Assembly: GCA_030704615.1 (NCBI GenBank)
Contig: CM060732.1
Location: 24,304,001-24,368,000, forward strand
Source of the DNA: Takakia lepidozioides
Lineage: Eukaryota; Plantae; Bryophyta
Length of the DNA: 64,000 bases
Reading direction: 5' to 3'
A model generated the notes under the pieces. The model searched no databases and was not told the origin of the DNA. It saw only the letters and a list, made by a program, of their open reading frames with translations. Both the position numbers and the translations under genes were made by a program. Each line of letters starts with the position of its first letter. Within the stretch, counting starts at the first letter, position 1. Below, piece by piece: positions 1-11,285 of this stretch.

Positions 1-102
1 GGGGATTTCCGACCTGTCACTGCTCAAGTGGGCTTCACACAAAGGATCGTGTTTACCGCTGCCATTGGGCTGATTTGCATCACTGAATACATCGCACCAG
101 CA

Positions 103-326
103 GAGAGCGGCAGTCGCGCGGCTCATCTTTCTCGAGTTGAGCCTACGCGACCGAGCTCCTGCATGTGTTTAGGTTTGAGTGTGCTTATGTAGGGGTACAG
201 GTTGTTGTGGGGTGGAGTCCCCATAGCTTGGGGTGCCCCTGGCTCGACTTCAGTTTCAATGAGTGATAGCGATGGATTTTATATTTCTTGTGTTGGGAGT
301 GTGTGTCCTTTCTAGCTTGTTTATCA
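103..326 (+). repeat. 5' copy of terminal-repeat segment Y
   Basis: GAGAGCGGCAGTCGCG...TTGTTTATCA is near-identical to 11505-11805; the 3' copy has an extra 77-bp tandem duplication (11641-11717 / 11718-11794). Confidence 0.9.
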
Positions 327-2434
327 CTCGAGAAAGATGAGGCTTGCATCTGTGAGTGCCAGAGGTGAGTTTAGTTTTAAGCACTTGTGGTTTTTTGTTT
401 TAGAAGTGAGAGAAGAAAATTATGGTAGATTATGTTTGTGACAAGGCTGGTGGAGCAGCAGGATGATGCGCAAATGTAAGGAAGACTATGTTTGTTGGTA
501 GCTGCTGACAACCGTAACTCTGTCCCTGGACTTCTTCTCCGGAGGTGGAAGACTGTATGCAGCATGCATGCAAGAGTGTGGTTGTGACAAGAGAACAAAC
601 GCTTGCGGTTGAATAGTTGTTACAAGTTGGGCACTCGGTGCGTCGCTATAACTGCAACTGTACAGGAGCACCGCGAGAGGCAGATTGCTCTACAACCTTT
701 GCTGTACTTGGTCAGTCCAATGGTGACAAATCCAGACCTTGTTAAAGCAACATAGACAGAGAAGCGATTTATAGAAAGAAGGTGAGGAGCAGTGAAGAGT
801 GTACGGGAAAGGGAGCCCTGGCAGCCATGGCATAGCATCGTGCTCCGCACCACGGGTTATCTCGAAAGAATCGATGAAGAGTAACGATGCGAAAAGCCCG
901 CTTACAGTGTTGAAAATATTCAACACAACCTGCGGATTATCTATCTGAGTGCTTCTGAAGCTGCATGGATTAAGCTTCTTCAACACAGCCAATGCAGTGT
1001 TCATTATATGACAGTCATGACCAAGGAAGTGAGGAAATGCCTCATCTGCTCAGCTCAAGCTTTCCCGCTCTACAAGCTCCACGCTCAAGCTCTCGCTCCA
1101 CGCTATAGCAGACACGGTGAAATGGAAGGGATGCACTCGGCTTTGTGGTAGCTGAAGCCAAGAGACAGGGAAAACGATTGATACTCACCTTCACCAATAA
1201 TTATTCTATCTTCGGTGGAAGACGCAATATGTGCAATGGCGAGCCAGTATGCTGGTATTCATCTGAATTCGGAGGATGGCGGCGTATGTGAAGAACTGGG
1301 ATTCTAACCATGTGTTGGAGCTGCAGGGAGGTAGCGTGGTGGCGTAGGGTCGCAAGCACGGGGTCGGGGACATTGGCTGGTAGGACAGCAACGGCAGTGG
1401 TAGCGCCGGCCGGGTAGAAGGCTGAACTGAAATGCTTGGTGTCAGTTGGAATGACCAGCAACCTTTCCCTCCAGCAAGTCCACCCAACATAGCTCAAAGA
1501 CAGAGGAGACCTGTGACCGAGATATGGAGTGAGTGGTTATCCAACCTTGAAGTTTGTGGCCAGTCTGAATGCTGTTGCTGCCCAACTTGGCCAGACACTC
1601 GGTACACGAGCTTGCAAAGCTGCAGGGAACATTGCAGACAAGTCCAACGGGGATGTTGCGGTGGATCAGTATACCGCTAGCGGGTATGCTTCTACATTGA
1701 ACATGATTGCTACTTGAATTGAGATAGTGCCTTGCCCTATCGGAGTATGCAGACCTATGCTCCAAGCTTCAACTAAATGACGAAGCTGATCTGGTTACTC
1801 TCTACTCTGTGGATAGTCCAACACAGTTGCCTTTGTCAATAAGCTCCTTCACCACTTCCACATTTGACACTAGGTCCGAAGATTGTCTGAAGAGAGAGCA
1901 AGTGCAGATGGCAGCTGCCCGCCAGGTTCTGACAGAGTATCATCAGGGCTTGTCCCTGCATTAGGGATGGCTCGAGTGCTTGCATCACGGGAAACAGATG
2001 CCTGACGCTGCACAGGCCATCGCCATCGCCACAACCATACACCCGAGCTTGAGAGTCGTCGCTGGAGCAAAGCAGCTCACTAAGAGAGCGAGCCTGTGGT
2101 GCACCCGTAACCACAAATGAAACCTGGGAACGGTTCTTAATGGCGGGAACGTTTTGGTGTTAAAAAAAAAAAAAAAAAAACTTTGATCTAATTTAAATGA
2201 TAAAGAGCCTGGTTGGTCATAACTTTGTCAGATGGACTCCGTTTGACTCAGTTTTTGGGAGGATAGCTGCAGAAAGGGGAAATCTACCTATCTAGAACTG
2301 GTTTCTGTTTTTGGGACTCTGCTAAAAATCTATGGAATTTTTAGAGTGTGAGTGTGCCATAAAAGATCCACAATCCTGTCTCTAGAACCTGTGCTGGTCT
2401 ATATGAGAGACAAATCTGTGGATGTACTCCTTGC

Positions 2435-3184
2435 ATGGCTGGGGGAAATGAGGACGTAATTGAAGGGCAGGTCTCTTCTCTTAGCCTGTGCACACAAGGG
2501 GACAGGATTTATGTTTCCCAAGGAACTCAGACTGATTTGAGTGGAGAACAGTTGGACGAGTTGATTGCATACTGGGAGTCAGGCATTAGCAGTAGACAAC
2601 AGACTGCTGTAGTTGGCATTGAGGGCCTCAATATCGCCTTGGACAGTCAGAACTCTGTTGGAGCCAGCAGTTCTGCAGCTGTAGGTGAAATACCAAAGTG
2701 GGTGAAAGCTAGGCTTGGAACACAGCCAAAGACAGCCCCGGGGACCAAGGTGTTCAGCCACAAGGCCGTGGTGTACTGGAGCAGAGGAGCAGGAGCTACA
2801 CAAGTTTGTGCAATCAGACATGGTTGCAGCCGGATACGCTCTGCACAGGGCAACCACGAGCGGGGGTTCATCAGCAATGACATGTTTGTTGTGCGTGAAG
2901 GAGATGCAGTCATTCGCAATGAGGACACCCGCAACCGTCTCAAAGCTTTCGAGTTGAGAGACTATCAGACCCTACCTTTGTTTTCTTTAGTGTTCAGTGA
3001 GCGGGAGATAGGGGAGTATTGCTTTGTCTCTACCTGGCAGAAAGAGGAGGAGGGTTGGTTAGAGCGAGCTACTGTAGCTTGGGACAAGGTTAGTGGCAGG
3101 TTTCTGGACATAGATATACCTCCTACACCTTACCATCATGCAGAGCGAGGCACTTTGAGAGAAGTCTGGCAGTTGATAGCATAG
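2435..3184 (+). CDS. Unknown 249-aa ORF upstream of gag (putative accessory ORF of the element)
   Basis: ATG-initiated, uninterrupted, protein-like composition, same strand as gag-pol and between the 5' repeat and gag; no recognised motif. Confidence 0.5.
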   Translation: MAGGNEDVIEGQVSSLSLCTQGDRIYVSQGTQTDLSGEQLDELIAYWESGISSRQQTAVVGIEGLNIALDSQNSVGASSSAAVGEIPKWVKARLGTQPKTAPGTKVFSHKAVVYWSRGAGATQVCAIRHGCSRIRSAQGNHERGFISNDMFVVREGDAVIRNEDTRNRLKAFELRDYQTLPLFSLVFSEREIGEYCFVSTWQKEEEGWLERATVAWDKVSGRFLDIDIPPTPYHHAERGTLREVWQLIA

Positions 3185-3703
3185 ATCAGGATTAGATCTT
3201 GCTTGGTCGGGCTTCTATTCTTCCCCTCCATCTCTGTACTATTTTCATTACCTTGTACTTGTAGTTGCCAAAGCCTCTCTTGGTGGAGGCCAGTCAGTCC
3301 GGGGTTTTGGGCTGGGATATTCTGCAGGATCAGCATTGCAGCTGGATTTTGGTGTGGGGGTGTTGATGTTTTGATTTCTTGTGTTTGGATCCCCCCCAAC
3401 ACCTGCATGCTTGACTGTGCGCCATGTTGGTTTTGTGTGGGCGCTTGCTTTCATAGGGATTAGGCCGGATTTGATCACCGGTCAATCCTAGAGTATGCTG
3501 TCGGTGGTGAGGCTGGAGTGATGACCAGCAAGACCACCAGTGTTTCTTCTATGGTGAGGCTGGGTTGATGACCAGCCAACCATAGGAGTTCTTGCGGTGG
3601 ATGCAGGTGCAGGTGCCCTGAGCCATTGGGATATGACCCTTAGACTGCAACAGGTGCCCACCCGTGTCACTATTAGATTAGTACTAGAGCCTTATAGTGT
3701 CAC

Positions 3704-6700
3704 GTGGAGGAGGTGCACATTGTGAGTGTCATTACGGAGTTACCCAAGGGTTTTGAGGGGAGTACGGCTACAGGCAGTAACAGTGAGAGTGGGTTCACAA
3801 GACGAGGTATTCGGTTCAGACCACCTTCACCGCCACCCTCAATTACTGTAGAGTCAGACACAGACTCGGAGGCTTCATCAACAGGTGTGCACTTTCATTC
3901 GCCATTGTTGTGGGACGACATGGAGGAGATGTATGGAGCTACCAAGGGGCCTCGTAGGTACTCTGGAGCTGTGGGCACAATCGAGTTGGATGACTTTATC
4001 CAGGAGTTCGACAGCTGGTGTGATTTGCAGCAGATGCGCAATCCACAGCTATTCACCCCATTCATGGCGTGGAAGGGACTGTTCCAGCATTTGGAAGGCC
4101 CGCCTATGGACGATTACCACGAGTTCAGGCGAGGACATGAAGCAGAGATTGAGGAGTGGAGGATGTATTGGTCACCTGACTACGTCTCCATTACTCGAGG
4201 CACGACGCGACCAGTAGCTGCATCAGTACCAATAGCTCCCACTGCCAGCACTAGTAGTGGAGCAAGTAGTGCTGGTACTTCTGTAGGTGGTACCAGTTCA
4301 AAAGGTGCTACTACTCCTCCTGCCACGACTACAACACATGTGCCTAGATTCAACCCGGTGGTGGAGTTCTTCCAGGAGTTGCGGAGGAACTACCAAGGTG
4401 TACGGACAGAGAAGCTGCGAAGTTTGCAAGACTTCCAGCGCAAACCCAGTGAGAGCCTGCGAGAGGCGTACACTCGTATGAGGCGCTTGATAAGTGTGAC
4501 CCAAGGGGTTACTGAAGCTCAGGCAATCCAGTTTTGGTATGGAATTCTGGACAAGGAGCTCAAGAGAAGGGTGCGAGATGCAACCCTGTTACAAGCAGCC
4601 CAACCCACATTAGCAGATGTGTTTCTGCTGGCTGAGCGGATTGAGCTCAACATGGTGGAGGAGCGAGTTGTTACAATTGGATTTGGCAAGGACATGCCTG
4701 CACGGGGCACAGCTGTCAGCCCACAGGCACAAGGGACTGCCCAACAGCGTGGTCAGGGGGGCAAGGTTGCCCAGCCCAAGTTCCATGGAGCTTACAGGGG
4801 ACCTCAGGTGCAGAGGCCCGTGGCATCTTTTGCAGGCCAACAGCAACCAGGGGTGATATGTTGGACATGTGGAGGACCCCATGTCAAAGAGATTGCCCAG
4901 AGATGGCAGAAGGCCGGCACAAGCACAGCCTGCACAGTTGCAGTGTGGGCATTGTGGCAAGTATGGGCATGGAGATGCCCAGTGTTATGACTTGCATCCT
5001 GAGTTGCGCCCAGGCCAGTTCCAAGGGAACAATGGTGGCCGGGGGCGAGGTGGACCAGCCCAAAGAGGACGAGGTGGTCGGGCACGAGGTGCAGGCCAAG
5101 GGCAAGCTCCACATGGCCAAGGACGCGGAGGTCAGGGTGTTGACCAAGGCATGGCCAATCGGCTTCAGCAGCTAGAGCAGAGGCTCGCTGCCATGGCTAT
5201 AGCTCAGGCGGTACCGGCTCCCAGGCGGGATGGTCCACCTCCTGCTCCTGAGGGAGGAGATATGGGAGGCATGGGATTCATGTGCGGAGCAGCACTACCA
5301 CTAGAGCAGGTGGAGTCTGCTGCAGCCGTGACTCGAGGAGCAGCACGAGTTCCTGAGCCACGAGGTGCAGAGGTGGAGTTGGATCCACAACGTGGGGAGG
5401 CAAGCCGTCAGGCGAGGCTGCCTCAGTCATTCACCTTGGCGGAGACAGTGTCAACGCCATCCATGGCACCTAGTTCTCGCCCGACTGTTACCGAGGCGGA
5501 GGTTACTATGCCATTGGGGAGAGCTACACGTGCAGCACTGACACCTGCTACCAAGGCTAGTGCAGCCGGTGTGTTATTGGGGGCAGCCACCTCTGTGTGT
5601 CAAGCCCCACTGTTCTCGGCAACCATGATTGCGACGCCGGGGGTGAGACCAGCTGCAGTGTTCAGACTAGCAGCAACACTCTGTGAGAGTGGGGAGGTCA
5701 CTTCATCTTCTGCGGAGTTAGTGGAAGGTGTAGTGGCAGAGGGATCCTCGGATTTGAGGGTCAAGACTGCCACGGCTGCGCCATGGCAAGCTGCAGCTGC
5801 CAGGTTGACGGAGCTGCCAGCTAGGCCAGCCATTGAGCGCGCCATGGTGACACCTGGAGTTGTCTTGTTAGACAACCAGGGAGGCATTTTCACTTTGAGT
5901 GGACCGGCAGGCAAGAAGTACCGGCCACTGCGGGTCTTGTTGGACTCAGGAGCTCAGCCACTGATGTTGGGCAGAGCTGCTATTGCAGGTTTGGGCCTCA
6001 TGGAGGCGGATATGGAGCCTTGTCCTTTCCAGATACAGACATCTCTGGGAGGATCAGAGCAGGCTCGCGGCATGACACGGCATCAGTTGGCTATTAGACT
6101 GCAGCCGGATCATCCTGTAGATGGCTCAGTGATGCGAGCCAAGGCCATTGTGACAGACGCGGTCTCTTACGATGTCCTCGTTGGTGGGGCAGTGTTATAC
6201 CCCATGGGCTTCACCCTGGATTTCTGGGAGGAGTCAGCATCCTACAGGCCTGGATGGCAGTCAGGGGATGGTCGCCGTGCACAGCTCCCTGTGACATTCA
6301 TTGGGGGTATTGCAGCTGCCCAGCGGGGCAAGATGCCAACACTAGCCGCCTTCACAGCTGCAGTTAGTTGGCCTGGAGAGTTGCTGGAAGGCAATGCCCA
6401 TGCAGAGGATGTGCCACCTCCAGCAGAGCAGGATGACATGCATGGTACGGCGGAGTTGCCTGCCATGGTTGCTCACACTCCGTTGTGGGGTACGAGCAAG
6501 GATTTGCAGCAAGCTGCTGATGGACGGGTGCAACAAGCTTGGGTAGAAGCTTTTGTACCGTCAGGAGAGGAGGAGAGTGCGGTGATTGCACCAGGGCCAC
6601 CTCAGTTGTCGCCATTGGACACCACACCTCTTGTGTGGCAGCGGCCGGATGAAGGCATTTGCCTTCTGGACTTGTTTGGCGGGATCAGCACCGGATTGGC

Positions 6701-9700
6701 TGCTGTGCTACAGGCAGGTGTGCGGGTAAGGCGTTACCTGTATGTGGAGAGGGATGAGACTGCACGACGCGTCTCACTGCGCCATGTTGGCTCAGTTGGT
6801 ACAGCAGTACCCTGACTTGTTGCCTGTGTCTGCAGTTCGTGGATACCAACAAGCCTTGCCAGCAGACATTTCCTTGGGGGGCGCAAGATTTGGAGCAGGT
6901 TGGCTCCATTGATCTGGTAGTGGCAGGTTGGCCCTGCCAAGGGCATTCATCAGCCGGGCATGGCAATGGATTGCGAGACTCGAGGACGGGTCTGTTTTGG
7001 GAGATGGTGCGGATTTTGCGCTGCTTGCAGCTTCATCAAGCTGTATCTCCAGCATACATCTTGGAGAATGTACCACTGATGGGTGATTCTGGGCCAGGGT
7101 GATGGCCAGTGTGCATCAAGTCCGGTCGTGGCTTGGGTCAGCAGTGTTGCTGGATGCAGCTGCAGTGGGTCACGGGCTCATCGTCCACGACTATGGTGGA
7201 CTAACTTGATGCCACCCGCACTGCTCAAGCGTGCATTTGATGGGGTGCAGCGGCCAGCACACCTCACCGTGGATGGCATTTTGGACACAGGAAGGCAGTC
7301 TCAACGTGTGAGACACGATGACCGTTCGCCTTTGGCAGTGGTCAACAGGGTGGGTCAACCACGAGCAGCATTACCTACACTGCTCAGCTTCCCAGGATCC
7401 CATGCTTTTCGGGATGGTGGACCTGGCCTCCTGTGGGATGCTCAGTTGCAGCAGTTAGTGGAGCCTAATGCCGACGAGCGAGAGCGGGCTATGGGGTTTT
7501 CCACTGGGACCACGGCGGTGCCTTCTCTTTCTGAGGCATCACGTCGTCAGGTGTTGGGGCAAGCAATGGATCTCAATTGCTTGACCTGGATTGTCAGCTT
7601 GGCTATGGCTGAGCAACGTAGAGTGCGGAGTGCACTTCCCTTGACGGTCTCTCTGCCTACCGAGACGGTACAGGCAGCGAGTGGGGGCGAGCCGGTGAGG
7701 ACCACGAGGTGTAGACATCCATGGCACACGTGGGAGGTGCTCGAGGTTCAGAGGGAGTTGGCAGCGAAGGCAGCTGTGATGGATGAGGTTGGGGATTCTT
7801 CTCGGGATGAGGAGGTTCTCAATGATGAGATGATGGGGCAGGATGAGGCCTTGTCATTGACTGAGCAGGAAGGGGTACTGCTCAAGAGGTTGCAGCATAG
7901 CAACCACGGGACGCGTCCTCTACCTCTAAGCCCACTGGACTTAAGGTTGCAGTTACGGAGGAGCCTGACATTGGACCCATTGTCACCGGAGGAGAGAGAC
8001 GACGTATACGGCGGTTCCTGAGGGCTTACAGGAATTGCTTTGCCTTCAGTTTGAAGGACTTGGGAGCACTGAAGGGTCAAGAGATCCGTATTGAGTTGGC
8101 CACTGACACGCCAATCTTTCGGAGACCCTATAGATACAGTGACATGGAGAGGTCTTTGATTCAGATGAGGACTCAAGATCTCTGGGAGGCAGGTTTGGTG
8201 GAGCTCTCTGGTGGAGAGTATGCTTCAGCCACAGTGATGCCAGCTAAGAAGGATGTCTATGGCAATTGGACGGAGAGACGTATGTGCGGTGATTACCGGC
8301 CTGTAAATCGTCAGACCAAGTCCGATAGGTATGCCATGCCAACACCAGAGGAGATCTTTGATGCCATTGGGCATTCCAAGGTCTTTAGCACGTTGGATTT
8401 ACGATCCGGATATCACCAGTTGCCGATCAAGGAGGCGGATAAGCAAAAGACGGCATTCTGGGGGATCAATGAGCACGGGAAGGATTGCCTATACCAGTGG
8501 CGGTTCTTACCATTTGGGCTTAAAAACGCTCCCGCTGAGTTTCAAAGAGTCATGGACAGGATTCTAGCAGGGGTGGAGTTTGCTCGGTGCTACATAGATG
8601 ACATCATCATCTTTAGTGCTACGGTGGAGGAGCATGAGAGACACCTTCAGGGGGTATTTGAGCGCTTGAGGACGCACGGATTGAAGTTACATCCGGGCAA
8701 GTGCAAGTTTTTCCACAACCAGATTGAGTATCTGGGTCACATGATATATCCTGGAGGATTGGGGGTACAGCAGACTAAGGTAGAGTCCATTGCACAGGTT
8801 CCACGCCCCACGGATGTGAGCCGAGTTCGAGCTTTCATGGGGTTAGCAAACTATTACAGACGGTTTGTTAAGGGATTTAGTGCCATTGCAAAGGCTCTAA
8901 CCAAGCTGACCAAGGTGGACCAGGAGTGGCAGTGGGAAGATGAGCAAGAACAAGCTTTTCAAGAGCTCAAGGCGAGGTTGACCTCGGCGCCCATCTTGAG
9001 ACGACCTATCAGGGGGCGTCCTTTTCAGCTGCATACAGATTGGAGCATGCTGGGGCTTGGAGCGGTGCTCACACAGGTGGATGATGAGGGAAGAGAGTTC
9101 GTAGTGGCTTATGCTAGCCGCTCGAACAATGCTGCAGAGTCTAAGTATAGCTCATATGAGGGAGAATGCTTAGCTGCAGTGTGGGCCGTGGCACACTTCA
9201 GGTGCTATCTATACGGCAATCTCTTCACCCTTGTCACGGATCACCAACCACTCAAGTGGTTGATGGAGTCAGACAAGCTTACGGGGAAGCTTGCACGGTG
9301 GGCACTCATCCTTCAAGAGTATGACTTTCAGGTGGTGCATCGACCGGGTTTGGTCAATCGCAATGCAGATGGGTTGAGTCGCAATCCATGCACGAGCCAG
9401 CAGGATGACACTGGAGCTCGGTGGCATGGTGAGACGGACGAGGAGATGGTGCCCGGATGGCATGCATCTGCATTTCTGTGTATCTTGGCAGCGGAAGGCC
9501 AGGTTGGACCTGCAACAGGGATGACTGTAGATCAAGTGTCTGAGGACCCTGAGGCCAGCAATGAGCAAGGTGGCGCCAAAGATATACATGAGGATTCAGT
9601 TGTGTTGGACTACCTCCGCACTGGAGACACTGCAGCCACTGTGACTGCCAAGGAGAGGGATCGGATCCTACAACGAGCCAAGAGGTTCAAGTGGGAGGGG

Positions 9701-11025
9701 ACACACCTGCTCCGAGTGTGGGAGGATGGTCGAGTGAGGATTGTGCCTCACCCAACACAGCGGGCACGGTTAGTGCGGCATGCCCATGAGGAGTTGGGGC
9801 ATTTTGGGGTGCGACGCACTCATAGTCTACTGCAGGGGCAGTATTGGTGGCGTGGTATGCACACAGAGGTGCAACAATTTGTGGCTAGGTGCATGGTGTG
9901 TGACAGGGTGCGTGCTTCATTCAACGCCCCTACTCCACAATTGCACCCTCTTCCGATCATGGGATTGGGCTACAGGTGGAGTCTTGACTTCGCAGGGCCG
10001 TTGCCACTGACCATGCGCCACAACAAGTACGTGTTGGTGATGGTGGAGCACTTCTCCAAGTGGATTGAATTGGTTCCATTGCCTGATAAGGCTAGTGAGG
10101 GAGCTGCGTATGCATTCCTGGATTGTGTGCTTAGCCGATTCGGTGCTCCAGCTGAGGTACTCACGGACCAAGGGAGAGAGTTCTTGGGGGAGTTTCAGGC
10201 TTTGTGTGACAAGGCCTTGATAGACCACCGCACCACTTCTCGGGATCATCCTGAGCCGATGGCTTGGCAGAGAGAGTTGTTCAGACAGTAAAGAGGGGTT
10301 TGCGCAAGTATGGCTTGCAGAAGGGACACCTAGGAGATTGGGACCTTCAGTTACCCTGGTTAGCCATGGGCTACAGGTTCAGCAAGCAAGCATCACTTGC
10401 CTCCTTCTCACCATACTTTCTTCTCTTTGGCCGAGAGCCGGATTTGCCTACATCCATTCGCAGAGAAGCTGCTACAGTTCTTAACCTTGACGATCCGGAC
10501 GTGTGGGCACGTGCATGTGAGCAGCGTGCAGAGTTGTTCAAGAGAGTCATGCCCATGGCTTTCGAGAACCTTGCCATTGCACAACACCGTGATACGTTGA
10601 GGTATGCTACCATACGTGGTGGGGGCTATCGTCCTGGGGTTCGGAGATTCAACCCTGGTGACTATGTCTATCTGCAGCAGACTGCTCCTACGACCCTGGA
10701 TGTGACTGCAGGACGTGTTATTTTGAGGGTTCGAGAGGTCTTGCCCTCAGGCGTCTTGGTCTTGGAGGGTCGGGATGGCATAACTTGGAAGGACCATGTG
10801 CGTAATTGTGCGCCATGTCACCTTCCGAATGTCGATGGCAGGATTGACCCAAACCTGGCAGTGGTATCTGCAGGTTTGAGGTGCATGTTGTGTGGGTCTG
10901 CTAAAGGGGCAGCCACCATGCTGGTGTGTGATCGATGCTCTAGAGGTTGGCATATGGGATGCTTGACTCCACCTCTTGAGATGGTTCCGGATGGGGATTG
11001 GTTATGTCCACATTGCATTGGATAG
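3704..11025 (+). CDS. Gag-Pol polyprotein split by several small frameshifts
   Basis: Consecutive ORFs 3704-4990, 4869-6815, 6839-7102, 7083-8021, 8051-10291 and 10264-11025 join into one colinear polyprotein; the breaks look like 1-2 bp indels. Confidence 0.9.
3920..4990 (+). CDS. gag: Gag domain with two CCHC-type zinc knuckles
   Basis: Retrotransposon gag motif LQDFQRKPSESLREAYTRMRRL; knuckles CWTCGGPHVK(R)DC (spans a frameshift) and CGHCGKYGHGDAQC. Confidence 0.85.
   Translation: MEEMYGATKGPRRYSGAVGTIELDDFIQEFDSWCDLQQMRNPQLFTPFMAWKGLFQHLEGPPMDDYHEFRRGHEAEIEEWRMYWSPDYVSITRGTTRPVAASVPIAPTASTSSGASSAGTSVGGTSSKGATTPPATTTTHVPRFNPVVEFFQELRRNYQGVRTEKLRSLQDFQRKPSESLREAYTRMRRLISVTQGVTEAQAIQFWYGILDKELKRRVRDATLLQAAQPTLADVFLLAERIELNMVEERVVTIGFGKDMPARGTAVSPQAQGTAQQRGQGGKVAQPKFHGAYRGPQVQRPVASFAGQQQPGVICWTCGGPHVKEIAQRWQKAGTSTACTVAVWALWQVWAWRCPVL
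5930..6240 (+). CDS. Retropepsin-type aspartic protease domain
   Basis: RVLLDSGA active-site motif and downstream YDVLVGGAVL motif. Confidence 0.85.
6655..7600 (+). CDS. DNA (cytosine-5)-methyltransferase domain, DNMT3-like, inside Pol
   Basis: Motif I LDLFGGI; II YLYVERD; IV IDLVVAGWPCQGHS (catalytic PC at 6932-6937); V GLFWEMVRIL; VI YILENV (7064-7072); VIII AHRPRLWWTNL; IX ERERAMGF; X RRQVLGQAMDL. Confidence 0.93.
8051..8760 (+). CDS. Reverse transcriptase domain (Ty3/Gypsy)
   Basis: RMCGDYRPVN, LDLRSGYHQ, LPFGLKNAPAEFQ, YIDD (8591-8602), YLGH. Confidence 0.97.
9020..9390 (+). CDS. RNase H domain
   Basis: LHTDWSMLGLGAVL, AYASRS, YSSYEGECLAAVWAV, LVTDHQPL, NADGLSR. Confidence 0.93.
9770..10830 (+). 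CDS. Integrase (HHCC zinc domain plus DDE core)
   Basis: HAHEELGH...CMVC; WSLDFAGP; LTDQGREF; (G)LAERVVQTVK; C-terminal FNPGDYVYL. Confidence 0.95.
10882..11016 (+). CDS. PHD finger at the integrase C-terminus
   Basis: CMLC-x11-CDRC-x4-HMGC-x14-CPHC, a C4-H-C3 pattern with the typical LTPPL..VPDGDWLCP tail. Confidence 0.93.
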
Positions 11026-11285
11026 TGGGAGTGGATACAACCATGGAAGGCTAACAAGAAACGCAAGGCCCAGCTACTAGGAGACCTTGAACACACGAGG
11101 TCCTGGCTCAAGTTCACAGATTGCAAGACGGCGACTAACGATGGGGCTACTCTTGTACCCGGCCTCTTGGTCTATAGAGTTTGAGTACAATAGGGACAGT
11201 GATAGAGGACTTAGTACGGCTGTGGCTATTACATCTTGTAGCTATCTGGAGGTAGAGGGACCTATCCACCAGCTAGGGGGGCGAT

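Noticed and set aside
6655-7600. Bacterial restriction-modification methyltransferase or host DNMT3 gene
   Set aside because: The domain is intronless and embedded between retroviral-type protease and RT in two copies. There is no endonuclease or operon context, and the flanks are plant TEs.
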